62,332 bases of DNA from an uncultured Candidatus Saccharibacteria bacterium. GTDB lineage: Bacteria > Patescibacteriota > Minisyncoccia > Phycocordibacterales > UBA918. Shown in pieces: positions 46,790-55,870 of the stretch. The notes under the pieces were generated by a model, which made no database searches, had not been told where the DNA came from, and saw nothing but the letters and a program-made list of their open reading frames with translations. Where the stretch lies: contig CAYGJY010000001.1 in NCBI GenBank assembly GCA_964350645.1, positions 1 to 62,332 of the forward strand. The letters run 5' to 3'. Numbering within the stretch: the stretch's first letter is position 1; every line of letters starts with the position of its first letter. The translations under genes were made by a program, and so were the position numbers.

Positions 46790-47823
46790 TGCAGCCAGCA
46801 ACATCATCCAACATGAAACAGTCAGTCATTCTGGCAGACTATACAACCTTTAAAGTTGGTGGACCCGCAGCCGAACTTATTGAGGTCACGTCAACTACTG
46901 AGCTCCAAAGTGTTGTGCAAGAGACGAAGCGACGCGGAGTCCCATTTCGTGTACTTGGAGGCGGATCTAATGTATTAGTACCTGACGCTGGTTTGTCGGG
47001 AGTGACTATTGTGAATCGGCTACGTGGTTGGACAGAAAGCGAAGATACTCAATCAGTAGCAGTAACAATTGGTGCTGGAGAGATTCTGGATAAGACGATA
47101 GAAATGTGCGTAGAGAAGGGGTACTGGGGACTGGAAAATCTTTCACATATTCCTGGTTCTGTTGGCGCTACGCCAGTACAGAATGTTGGCGCCTATGGAG
47201 TCGAAGTTGCTAATGTGATTTCATCAGTTTCGGTATACGATACTCAGGCAGATGCGTTTATAGAGCTTGATACTACAGCTTGTGATTTTGGGTATCGGAC
47301 GTCACTTTTTAAGCAAGCAGAGGGGGAAAAATATATAGTCACTGCAGTGACATTTGCCTTGAGTCGAACGCCGAAACCGATTCTCTCGTACCGTGATCTC
47401 GGTGAATTTTTTGCTACTGAGTCTGAACCTACAGTAGAAGCAATCAGGGAAGCGGTGATCGCTATCCGCGCTAAAAAATTTCCAAACTGGCACGAGGTTG
47501 GGACAGCTGGTTCATTTTTCAAAAACCCAATTATCTCTCAAAAAGACTTTACGAGACTCAAACAAACGTATCCTGAAATGCCTGGGTATGAAGTGTCACC
47601 AACTGAAGTCAAGATACCGCTTGGCTGGATCCTCGATAGTGTTTGCAATCTCCGAGGTTTCACCATGGGTAACGTCGCCACCTATCAAGGTCAGGCACTT
47701 GTGGTAGTCACTAACGATAAAGCAACAGCAACTGAGATAAAAAATTTTGCTGATCACGTTGCACAGATCGTATTTGATAAAACTCATATCGCAATTGAAT
47801 GGGAAGTTACTAGTTGGTTGTAA
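46789..47823 (+). CDS. murB: UDP-N-acetylenolpyruvoylglucosamine reductase
   Basis: YTTFKVGGPA and LGGGSNVLV FAD-binding motifs. TAATG overlap with the upstream stop. Confidence 0.9.
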   Translation: MQPATSSNMKQSVILADYTTFKVGGPAAELIEVTSTTELQSVVQETKRRGVPFRVLGGGSNVLVPDAGLSGVTIVNRLRGWTESEDTQSVAVTIGAGEILDKTIEMCVEKGYWGLENLSHIPGSVGATPVQNVGAYGVEVANVISSVSVYDTQADAFIELDTTACDFGYRTSLFKQAEGEKYIVTAVTFALSRTPKPILSYRDLGEFFATESEPTVEAIREAVIAIRAKKFPNWHEVGTAGSFFKNPIISQKDFTRLKQTYPEMPGYEVSPTEVKIPLGWILDSVCNLRGFTMGNVATYQGQALVVVTNDKATATEIKNFADHVAQIVFDKTHIAIEWEVTSWL

Positions 47824-47825
47824 TA

Positions 47826-47857
47826 AAATTTTTAAAATAAAATTATTTTAAAAATTT
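47826..47857. repeat. 15-bp all-A/T inverted repeat just after murB
   Basis: AAATTTTTAAAATAA (47826-47840) and TTATTTTAAAAATTT (47843-47857) are exact reverse complements with a 2-nt loop. Confidence 0.5.
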
Positions 47858-48003
47858 CTTATCAACAAAATGAATCACAAATGTTGTTGCAGTTATTTTT
47901 CTATGCGTGATAATTACTGTAAGCAGACATTCTCTTCCGAAATAGTTCTTTACAACGAGAAGTCAGCGGTCGAATTGATTAATCACTAATCTTTCATTAC
48001 GTT

Positions 48004-48237
48004 ATGCCAGCAAAAAAGAAAGCTGCTCCTAAAAAAAGAGTAGCAGCAAAGAAGGCAGCGCCAAAGCGCAAAGCTACAGCAAAGAAAGCTGCGCCAAAGC
48101 GAAAGGCCGCTGTAAAGCGAAAGCCAGCAGCTAAGAAGAAGCCAGCAGCAAAAAAGAAAGCTGCGCCTAAAAAGAAGGCCGCTCCAAAGAAAAAGGCAGC
48201 GCCTAAAAAGAAGGCCGCTTCAAAGCGAAAAAAGTAA
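48004..48237 (+). CDS. Lys/Ala-rich histone H1/Hc1-like basic protein
   Basis: 77 aa made almost only of K, A, P and R with AAPKKK periodicity. Followed by a terminator. The opposite-strand ORF is a compositional mirror. Confidence 0.65.
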   Translation: MPAKKKAAPKKRVAAKKAAPKRKATAKKAAPKRKAAVKRKPAAKKKPAAKKKAAPKKKAAPKKKAAPKKKAASKRKK

Positions 48238-48283
48238 GTACGACGTCGCAAGTAATTCATTTGCACGTCAGGTTGCTCGATTA

Positions 48284-48308
48284 ATACCGCCTCCATAGCG
48301 GTATTTTT
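48284..48308 (+). terminator. intrinsic terminator after the histone-like gene
   Basis: ATACCGC-CTCCATA-GCGGTAT followed by TTTTT. Confidence 0.6.
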
Positions 48309-48364
48309 CGTATGTATGGAGGCGGTAGACGTAACTCTAGGCTCAGGGTACACTGGTCACCATT

Positions 48365-50890
48365 ATGTCATTTTTAGATAGATTTTTTGGACCTTCATAC
48401 GCTAAAGAGCTGTCCGCTGTACAGCCATTAATTGATGAAATAAATGCTTTAGAAACCGAGTATGCGTCGTGTAGTGACGACGAACTTAAAGAAAAAGTTA
48501 TACAGTGTCGTGCACAGGTTGAGAAGACTAAAGATTTAGAGTCTGTCTTAACGACTATGTATGCGTTGGCCCGTGAAGCTGCTAAGCGAACAGTTAGTTT
48601 GCGACCATACGATGTACAACTTATCGGTGGGATTTTACTGCATAGAGGGAAAATTACTGAGATGCGTACTGGGGAAGGAAAGACTCTGGTTGGAACCCTG
48701 CCAGCGGCGCTCAATGCACTTACGGGTAAAGGAGTGCATGTAGTAACAGTGAATGACTATCTCTCACGTCGCGATGCAGTGTGGATGGGGCAAGTATATT
48801 ATGCCCTGGGTCTTTCGGTCGGAGTTATCAATCAGGGTGAGTCGTACATATATGATCCAACTCACACTGATACAAAACAAGATGAGTTGCGTGATGATGA
48901 GGGTTCTTATAAAGTACACTATGAATTTTTGCGCCCTTGTACCCGGCAGGAAGCCTATCGAGCTGATATCACCTACGGAACAAATAATGAATTTGGTTTT
49001 GACTATTTACGGGACAATATCGAATTCGATGCTGATAAGATTCGTCAAGAACATCATGCATTTGCTATCGTTGATGAAATCGATTCGATTCTGATTGATG
49101 AAGCACGGACGCCGCTGATTATCTCTGCACCAGCTGAGCAGTCTGAAAATCTCTATCAAATATTTTCGCAGGTAGCTAAGAAACTTACGGTGGGCGATCA
49201 TTACACGGTTGACGAAAAGCTCAAGAGTATTTCCCTCACTGACGCTGGAATTGAAACAGCCGAAAAAGCTCTCGGTATTGATAATATTTATACTGATAAG
49301 GGAATTAAGTATGTGCATCACTTAGAGACTGCTGTACGGGCTCAGGCGCTGTTTACGCGTGATAAAGAGTACGTAGTACGTGATAATGAAATTGTTATTG
49401 TTGATGAATTCACTGGTCGCCTCCAAGCTGGCCGGCGTTGGTCTGACGGTCTGCACCAGGCAGTTGAGGCAAAAGAAGGAGTAAAGATTCAGCAGGAATC
49501 GAAGACGTATGCTTCAGTAACGTACCAAAATTATTTCCGAATGTATGACAAGCTAGCCGGGATGACTGGTACAGCGCTCACGTCGCAAGAAGAGTTTTAT
49601 ACTGTGTACGGACTCGATGTAGTGCCAGTTCCAACCAATCAACCTGTTGAGCGAATTGACCGCACTGACCTTATTTTCCAGTCTGAGAAAGGGAAGTTTG
49701 ATGCGGTAATTAAAAAAATAAAAGAAGTGAACCAAACTGGACAACCAATCTTGGTTGGGACTGCGTCAATTGAACGAAACGAAGTGCTCTCAGCTATTTT
49801 GACTGCAGCAGGAGTCAGGCACAAAATGTTGAATGCTAAAAACCATGAACAGGAAGGTGAGATTATTGCCGCTGCTGGGATGAAGGGTGCTGTAACGCTC
49901 GCCACTAACATGGCTGGACGAGGAGTTGATATTAAACTCGGTGGACCAACTGCTACAAAGGATGAGCAACAGGCAGTGAAAGAACTCGGTGGTTTATTTG
50001 TCCTTGGGACTGAGCGACATGAAGCACGGCGGATTGACAATCAGTTACGGGGACGCTCTGGCCGACAAGGTGACCCGGGGGAGACGCAGTTTTTTGTCTC
50101 AATGGAAGATTCACTTATGCGGGTATTTGGAGGGGAGAGGATTAAGAATTTGATGGGCACATTTAAGATTCCAGAAGATCAACCTATCGAAACTAAGATG
50201 ATTTCACGGCAGTTAGAAACTGCTCAGACACGGATTGAAGGATTCCATTTTGATTCGCGTAAACAAGTGCTGGCTTATGATGATGTACTGAATCGTCAGC
50301 GCCAAACTATCTACGGACGTCGCCGTAAATTACTCAGCGGCTCGCACAAAGAGATTGATTTAGTATTGTCTGAGATTGTTGCGCTAGTACCTGAAGCGGA
50401 AGCGGCTATTGATGCCAAGCAAGCAGAGTTTGGTGAGGAAAAATGGTATGAGCTTATTCAAAAATTAATCCTACAGGTCACAGATGTCATTTGGGTTGAA
50501 CACCTTGAAGTGATGGCATACACTCGCTCAAGTGTTAATTTACGCGCTTATGGGCAACGTGACCCACTTCAGGAGTATCGCAAGGAGGGTATCCGACTCT
50601 TCAGAGAGATGCAGGAGAGTACGCTCTATCGCATTGCTGACATTATCCCGACTATGCAGCCAGCCGCAATTGAAAAAGAAGAAGCTGAATTACGCAAAGA
50701 AAAAGCTAATATCGAACGCTCAATTTCGTCATCTTCTGAACCAAAAACTGGAGTAACAAAACCACGTCAAAATACCACAGCGTACGGACGGAACGATATC
50801 GTCACTCTTGAAAAAGGTGGAGAAGTTAAAGAGATGAAATACAAAAAAGCGGAAACACTGCTAGCTTCAGGCTGGAATCTTAAAAGTTAA
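48365..50890 (+). CDS. secA: preprotein translocase ATPase SecA
   Basis: MRTGEGKTLV, DEIDSILIDEARTPLIIS, TNMAGRGVDIKLGG. Confidence 0.95.
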   Translation: MSFLDRFFGPSYAKELSAVQPLIDEINALETEYASCSDDELKEKVIQCRAQVEKTKDLESVLTTMYALAREAAKRTVSLRPYDVQLIGGILLHRGKITEMRTGEGKTLVGTLPAALNALTGKGVHVVTVNDYLSRRDAVWMGQVYYALGLSVGVINQGESYIYDPTHTDTKQDELRDDEGSYKVHYEFLRPCTRQEAYRADITYGTNNEFGFDYLRDNIEFDADKIRQEHHAFAIVDEIDSILIDEARTPLIISAPAEQSENLYQIFSQVAKKLTVGDHYTVDEKLKSISLTDAGIETAEKALGIDNIYTDKGIKYVHHLETAVRAQALFTRDKEYVVRDNEIVIVDEFTGRLQAGRRWSDGLHQAVEAKEGVKIQQESKTYASVTYQNYFRMYDKLAGMTGTALTSQEEFYTVYGLDVVPVPTNQPVERIDRTDLIFQSEKGKFDAVIKKIKEVNQTGQPILVGTASIERNEVLSAILTAAGVRHKMLNAKNHEQEGEIIAAAGMKGAVTLATNMAGRGVDIKLGGPTATKDEQQAVKELGGLFVLGTERHEARRIDNQLRGRSGRQGDPGETQFFVSMEDSLMRVFGGERIKNLMGTFKIPEDQPIETKMISRQLETAQTRIEGFHFDSRKQVLAYDDVLNRQRQTIYGRRRKLLSGSHKEIDLVLSEIVALVPEAEAAIDAKQAEFGEEKWYELIQKLILQVTDVIWVEHLEVMAYTRSSVNLRAYGQRDPLQEYRKEGIRLFREMQESTLYRIADIIPTMQPAAIEKEEAELRKEKANIERSISSSSEPKTGVTKPRQNTTAYGRNDIVTLEKGGEVKEMKYKKAETLLASGWNLKS

Positions 50891-50905
50891 TGTATAGTAC
50901 AAAAT

Positions 50906-51238
50906 ATGAAAATCATTGTTAGAATTTTACTTGGGGCGCTGGCGCTCCTAGTGGCAGCATATTTTATCCCCGGTATCGAAATTGTTAGTCTCTATAGTGC
51001 AATTATAGCTGCCATAATCCTTGGGGTATTGAATGCGATTGTTCGGCCAATTCTCATAATTCTCACCTTGCCAATTACGATCGTTACTCTCGGGTTATTT
51101 ATGTTTGTGATCAATGCGAGTTTGTTTTGGTTCGTAGCTTCGTTCATTGATGGCTTTTCAGTTAATGGTTTTCTGCCGGCCCTGCTAGGTTCTCTAGTTG
51201 TAAGTATTGTTACTAGCATCGCTAGTAAAATAAATTAG
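50906..51238 (+). CDS. four-TM phage-holin-IV/DUF360-like membrane protein
   Basis: LLVAAYFIPGIEIVSLYSAIIAAIILGVLNAIVRPILIILTLPITIVTLGLFMFVINA is typical of that family. Confidence 0.6.
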   Translation: MKIIVRILLGALALLVAAYFIPGIEIVSLYSAIIAAIILGVLNAIVRPILIILTLPITIVTLGLFMFVINASLFWFVASFIDGFSVNGFLPALLGSLVVSIVTSIASKIN

Positions 51239-51264
51239 TTGATTTTAGAGCTCTGTAGTTTTAG

Positions 51265-51297
51265 ATAAAGGTGTTTGGAAACAGACACCTTTATTTC
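51265..51297 (+). terminator. hairpin terminator
   Basis: ATAAAGGTGT (51265-51274) pairs with ACACCTTTAT (51285-51294), followed by TTC. Confidence 0.5.
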
Positions 51298-51341
51298 GTA
51301 TGGCCTATACAGCACCAAAATAATGTGCATAATAAGGCACT

Positions 51342-52313
51342 ATGTCATTTGTAGATGAGTTAAAAATTTATGCAAAAGCTGGCGATGGCGGTAAGGGTGT
51401 TGTCCGTTGGAGTCAAGAAAAATATAAGCCGATGGCTGGCCCAGCAGGGGGTAATGGTGGCGATGGTGGCTCTGTATTCGTTCGGGCGGTACGTGATTTA
51501 AACCTGCTTTCAAAATATACTGGTAAAAAGAGCTTTATTGCAAAAGATGGTGAAGCTGGACGTGGTTCCAGTCAGTACGGGAAAGGGAGTAATGACCTGT
51601 ATATAGATGTCCCAGTTGGCTCAACGGTGACTAACCTAGCTACCGGTCGGAGTATTGATTTACTCGTTGAAAACCAAGTCGAAAAAATCCTCAAAGGAGG
51701 CAACGGCGGCTTAGGTAACGAACATTTTAAATCTTCAACAAACCAATCGCCGGTGCAGTCGACTGAGGGCAAGCCGGGTGAGTCGGGTGAGTTTTTTATT
51801 GAGCTAGCCCTTTCTGTTGATGTCGGTCTAATTGGGTTACCTAACGCTGGTAAATCAACACTTTTAAATTTACTTACCAACGCAAAGTCACAAGTTGGTT
51901 CATACCAGTTCACTACACTCGAACCGCATATTGGTATGTTTTATGGTTACTCGATTGCGGATATCCCGGGCCTCATTGAAGGAGCAGCAGACGGTAAGGG
52001 GCTTGGCCATAAGTTTTTACGCCACATTACTCGCACAAAAATGCTGTTACACTTAATTTCCTTAGACCAAAGCGACCCTGAAGGTGCCTATTATACAATT
52101 TCCAAAGAGCTATCAAATTTCAGTTTAGAACTCAACAATAAGCCAGCTTGGATTGTTTTTACTAAAAAAGACCTTGTAAAACCTGATGATATACAATCTC
52201 TTGTAAAATTCATTGACAAAAATGAAAATGATGTGTTTGTCATATCAGAAAATGACCCTGACTCTATCAAAAGTTTGGCTGACACCCTTGTGGCAGAACT
52301 CCGGAGAGGGTAG
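51342..52313 (+). CDS. obg: GTPase Obg/CgtA
   Basis: Obg-fold glycine-rich start AKAGDGGKGVVRWSQEKY... GGNGGDGG, then G1 GLPNAGKSTLL and G3 DIPGLIEGA. Confidence 0.92.
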   Translation: MSFVDELKIYAKAGDGGKGVVRWSQEKYKPMAGPAGGNGGDGGSVFVRAVRDLNLLSKYTGKKSFIAKDGEAGRGSSQYGKGSNDLYIDVPVGSTVTNLATGRSIDLLVENQVEKILKGGNGGLGNEHFKSSTNQSPVQSTEGKPGESGEFFIELALSVDVGLIGLPNAGKSTLLNLLTNAKSQVGSYQFTTLEPHIGMFYGYSIADIPGLIEGAADGKGLGHKFLRHITRTKMLLHLISLDQSDPEGAYYTISKELSNFSLELNNKPAWIVFTKKDLVKPDDIQSLVKFIDKNENDVFVISENDPDSIKSLADTLVAELRRG

Positions 52314-52343
52314 TATGTGACCTTAAAGAACATAAGTAATAGT

Positions 52344-53753
52344 ATGAGCGACTATAAAACTACTATTGGTATGGAAGTCCATGCCGAATTAAATACAAAA
52401 AGTAAAATGTTTTGTGGCTGTAAAAATGATCCACATGCAAGTGAGCCAAATCAAAATACTTGTCCAGTTTGTTTAGCTCACCCAGGCACACTTCCAGTCG
52501 TAAACAAACGTGCGGTAGAAATGTTAGTCATGATGGGACACGCAGTTGGAGGAAACGTAGCCACCTACAGTGAGTTTGATAGGAAGAATTATTTTTATCC
52601 TGACATACCTAAGGCGTACCAAATAAGTCAGTATGCTTTTGCTTTTGTGAAAGGTGGAGAATTGTCTGGTGTGAAACTAAACCGTGTACATCTCGAAGAA
52701 GACACTGCTCGATCTTTACATGATCAAGGCTCTGGAAGTATTGTAGATTTCAATCGAGCTGGGGTGCCACTAATGGAGCTTGTCACAGAGCCTGTTATAC
52801 ATGATGCAGTCACAGCAGGAAATTTTACTCGTGAGTTGCAACTCTTGCTTAAGACATTGGGTATCTCGGATGCAAATATGGAGAAGGGTGAGATGAGGGT
52901 TGAGGCAAATATTTCTGTTAGTAAAACTGATACTCTCGGTAATCTTACTGAAGTAAAAAATTTGAACTCCTTTAAGTCCATGGAGGCTGCAATTGACTTT
53001 GAAGTGAAACGTCAAATCGAGATACTTGAGTCAGGTGGTGTTGTAGAAAAAGAAACACGAGGCTGGGATGAAAACAAGGGTGTTACATTTTCACAAAGAT
53101 CTAAAGAGAACGCTGAGGATTATCGATACTTTCCAGATCCGGATATCCCAAAGTTTGACTTGGCTCAGGTGCCAGAATTTGATAAAACTCGTATATCCGA
53201 GATACTCCCAAAACTAGCCACAGAAAAGAGATTAGAATACAAAAATCTCGGCTTGGAAGACAGTAAAATTGAATTGATTATTTCGACTCCTGAGTTAGAT
53301 TTAATCTTCACTTCTGTACTGACGAAGAAGGGAGTGTCTGCTAAGACAGCTTTGTTGGCAGCCAATTACTTGATTACAGACGTCGTGCCTTTACTCGCTA
53401 CTAATACAAAACCAGTTAGAGAATTAGGAGTTAATGAATTCATTGAGTTGCTCATGATGGTTGATGAAGGTCTGATTAATTCGAGGATTGCCAAGGACCT
53501 TTTGCCAGAAGCTTTGTTTGAGTCTCTCTCTCCAAAAGTTATTGCCGCTGAGCGTGGACTACTCCAAGTTAATGATGACTCTCAACTGGAGGGAATTATT
53601 GTAGAATTACTCTCTGCGAATCCAGATGCCGTTGCTGAATATAAGGCTGGAAAAGAATCAACATTACAATTTTTAGTGGGGCAAGGAATGAAACTTTCGA
53701 GGGGCTCTGCTAACCCTCAACGTTTGGCTGAACTGATTAAGAAATCGATCTAA
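52344..53753 (+). CDS. gatB: Asp/Glu-tRNA(Asn/Gln) amidotransferase subunit B
   Basis: IGMEVHAELNTKSKMFC and DFNRAGVPLMELVTEP. ATG 52344 is preferred over the track GTG 52317. Confidence 0.92.
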   Translation: MSDYKTTIGMEVHAELNTKSKMFCGCKNDPHASEPNQNTCPVCLAHPGTLPVVNKRAVEMLVMMGHAVGGNVATYSEFDRKNYFYPDIPKAYQISQYAFAFVKGGELSGVKLNRVHLEEDTARSLHDQGSGSIVDFNRAGVPLMELVTEPVIHDAVTAGNFTRELQLLLKTLGISDANMEKGEMRVEANISVSKTDTLGNLTEVKNLNSFKSMEAAIDFEVKRQIEILESGGVVEKETRGWDENKGVTFSQRSKENAEDYRYFPDPDIPKFDLAQVPEFDKTRISEILPKLATEKRLEYKNLGLEDSKIELIISTPELDLIFTSVLTKKGVSAKTALLAANYLITDVVPLLATNTKPVRELGVNEFIELLMMVDEGLINSRIAKDLLPEALFESLSPKVIAAERGLLQVNDDSQLEGIIVELLSANPDAVAEYKAGKESTLQFLVGQGMKLSRGSANPQRLAELIKKSI

Positions 53754-53813
53754 AGCAGTTTTGCCATTACTCGACTTGACGAGTAATGGCTCTATTAGTG
53801 TATAATACTGCAG

Positions 53814-54701
53814 ATGAATGCTCTTGAATTTGATGGTGTAAGATATGTCAAAGTATCTGAGATCGCCCGTACGTACGGTTATACTGCTGATTATTTAGGT
53901 CAACTATGTCGGGCTGATAAACTGGCTGGGAAGTTGGTCGGAAGAAGCTGGTATGTGAGTGAACCTGCGCTTCAAACACACAAGTCTAAAAAACAAAGAA
54001 GTTCAAAAGCCAAAACTACGACTGCTCTACGAGAGGCCATACAGAGTAATGAAGAGACTAATGATAAAACACGTATTTCATTTCATGCTAAAAATTTTTA
54101 TTCCAAGGTCGGTCCACAGCAACATACGTATACTGAAGACCAAACAGAACTTATACCGGTTTTGTCCCAGAGAAGTGAAGGTATGCATTCCAGCGTGCCA
54201 GTAGATCACGCAGACGCTGTACGCCTTGTAATTAACGCAGAAAAAGAGCCATATAAGTTGAGTCCAACTGAAAGACCTGAGTTGGTATTCTCAGGAGATA
54301 TTAGCATCGTCAGTGCTGAAGAGGATGATAGTGAAGTCACTGCTGAGATTAGCTCTCAACAACCGACCCCGGTTGAGTTAGTCTCACAAGCAGTTAGTCC
54401 TACAAAACCAGTTAGTAAAGTACTCAAGCGAGAGGGTTTGATAACAATGAGACGAACGGATGAGGTAGTAGACGAAGCGGTAACCATAACAAGTCAATCA
54501 GTACGTAGTCACGTAAAGACAGCAGCTAACAATTCTAGTAGTAACGTAGCGCTGTACGCAGTGGTAGTTCTACTTGCGCTCACTTTGAGTACGGCTCAGT
54601 TGTTCATTTTAAATTTCTCAATTTCAACTGACCAGACTATCCAGCAGGAGTATAAGATCGACATTAAGCAGACAGCATTATCAATAAGCGCCTTAATATA
54701 A
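53814..54701 (+). CDS. membrane-anchored protein with N-terminal excisionase/MerR-type HTH (HTH_17-like)
   Basis: VKVSEIARTYGYTADYLGQLCRADKLAGKLVGRSWYVSEPAL, and a single TM (LYAVVVLLALTLSTAQLFILNF) near the C-terminus. Confidence 0.55.
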   Translation: MNALEFDGVRYVKVSEIARTYGYTADYLGQLCRADKLAGKLVGRSWYVSEPALQTHKSKKQRSSKAKTTTALREAIQSNEETNDKTRISFHAKNFYSKVGPQQHTYTEDQTELIPVLSQRSEGMHSSVPVDHADAVRLVINAEKEPYKLSPTERPELVFSGDISIVSAEEDDSEVTAEISSQQPTPVELVSQAVSPTKPVSKVLKREGLITMRRTDEVVDEAVTITSQSVRSHVKTAANNSSSNVALYAVVVLLALTLSTAQLFILNFSISTDQTIQQEYKIDIKQTALSISALI

Positions 54702-54708
54702 GCTTTTA

Positions 54709-54728
54709 TCGTCTAGACGAGTTTTTTT
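54709..54728 (+). terminator. intrinsic terminator
   Basis: TCGTCTAGACGA palindrome followed by GTTTTTTT. Confidence 0.6.
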
Positions 54729-55090
54729 CACTCGGGTCAGAATCGATACTCTTAAGCGATATTTGGGTTTTAATTTATAAAATTAAGTATTGAGTTCGGG
54801 TCAAACAAGTGAGCTGTTTTATATTCAGTGGCTTTTTATTTGTGGGTGATGGTTTAAACGCAATAATGTTATAGCTTGTGTCTTGGAATAATTGAGGGAC
54901 CCCTAGGTGGTTATCGGGGCGTGTAAGTTTGTCCGGCTTTTTAGTGGAAATGTTTTGTGTGCTTGGTGTCAGCTTGTCGATTATTTTACTAAAAAGATAA
55001 ATAAAAAAATTAGTTTTTCTGTCCACAGATTACGTATTTTTTGACGGAAAAATATCCGTTTTAGCTATAAAATATATAGTAATTCTGTTT

Positions 55091-55867
55091 ATGAGTACCT
55101 CCGCAAAAATCCTCGAAGATAATACAAAATTTATTGATGCCCGGACTGCTGGTAAGTTGGTCGGTTATTCATCCGACTACGTGACTCGACTTGCGCGTGA
55201 AGGAAAAATTCACGCTGTGCAGACCGGTAGACAGTGGTTGGTTGATCCTGAATCACTGAAGCTTTTTACATTGACCGTGCAAGCTCAGAAGCGTGAACGT
55301 GCGAAGCAGATTCGTGAAGAGCGCAGGGCTGAACTAGTGGCAGCTAATTTTGTCGAACCAATTAGCGCTGATGTTACAGAAGAGACAGTGCTGAAAAATC
55401 CATTGCAACAAATTGCTCTGGCTCAGACAGTAGCGATTGCAGCTTGTTTGTTTATTACATTTCATCTAGTCTGGTTTTCGTTTGAGAGTCGACTGAATTT
55501 CAGTTCGCTTGCTTTGGGAGCCGATGTCATCACTGAGCAATTAAAAGCTAGTATTTTTCAACCTCTAAAAAATTATTCTACAGAAGTTGCTTCTGTTGTT
55601 TTTACACAAGAGACTGAGGTTCAAAATGAACTGACTTTGGAGAGTAGTCAATCCGACTCGACTACCAGAACCTTTGAGGGGATTGTCATAATCGAGGATT
55701 CGCCTCAAGCGCCGACTGAGATTGATTCCATCCGCGAATCTTTTTCTGATGAAGTGTCAGTCGAGTTTGACGGTGTAGATAGTGGTGTACTCAAACCAGT
55801 CTTTAAAAATCAGTCAAACGAGTCGTATCGGTTTTTGCTGACGCCAGTTAAGAATCAAGGTGAATAA
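55091..55867 (+). CDS. membrane-anchored protein with N-terminal excisionase/MerR-type HTH, paralogue of 53814..54701
   Basis: IDARTAGKLVGYSSDYVTRLAREGKIHAVQTGRQWLVDPESL, and a TM (IALAQTVAIAACLFITFHLVWFSF) at about aa 107-130. Confidence 0.55.
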   Translation: MSTSAKILEDNTKFIDARTAGKLVGYSSDYVTRLAREGKIHAVQTGRQWLVDPESLKLFTLTVQAQKRERAKQIREERRAELVAANFVEPISADVTEETVLKNPLQQIALAQTVAIAACLFITFHLVWFSFESRLNFSSLALGADVITEQLKASIFQPLKNYSTEVASVVFTQETEVQNELTLESSQSDSTTRTFEGIVIIEDSPQAPTEIDSIRESFSDEVSVEFDGVDSGVLKPVFKNQSNESYRFLLTPVKNQGE

Positions 55868-55870
55868 CGT

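Noticed and set aside
47870-47989. 39-codon Cys-containing mini-ORF (MNHKCCCSYFSMRDNYCK...) upstream of the histone-like gene, a possible leader peptide
   Set aside because: It has no ribosome-binding site, and I could see no attenuator structure linked to it. Chance occurrence in an AT-rich spacer is likely.
48004-48237. Periodic short DNA repeats that could be mistaken for a CRISPR or tandem-repeat array
   Set aside because: The periodicity is codon-level (GCx-AAR runs encoding AAPKKK) inside an intact ORF. There are no unique spacers of constant length and no cas genes in the window.
47997-48353. 118-aa minus-strand ORF rich in F/A/G (FFLGAAFFFGAAFF...)
   Set aside because: It is the reverse-complement reading of the Lys/Ala codon repeats of the plus-strand histone-like gene. 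The plus-strand gene has its own terminator, while the minus ORF would overrun the secA start region.
54775-55026. 83-aa minus-strand ORF in the long spacer between the HTH genes
   Set aside because: It has no Shine-Dalgarno box and a random-looking composition (MDRKTNFFIYLFSKIID...), and it spans the predicted promoter region of the downstream gene.
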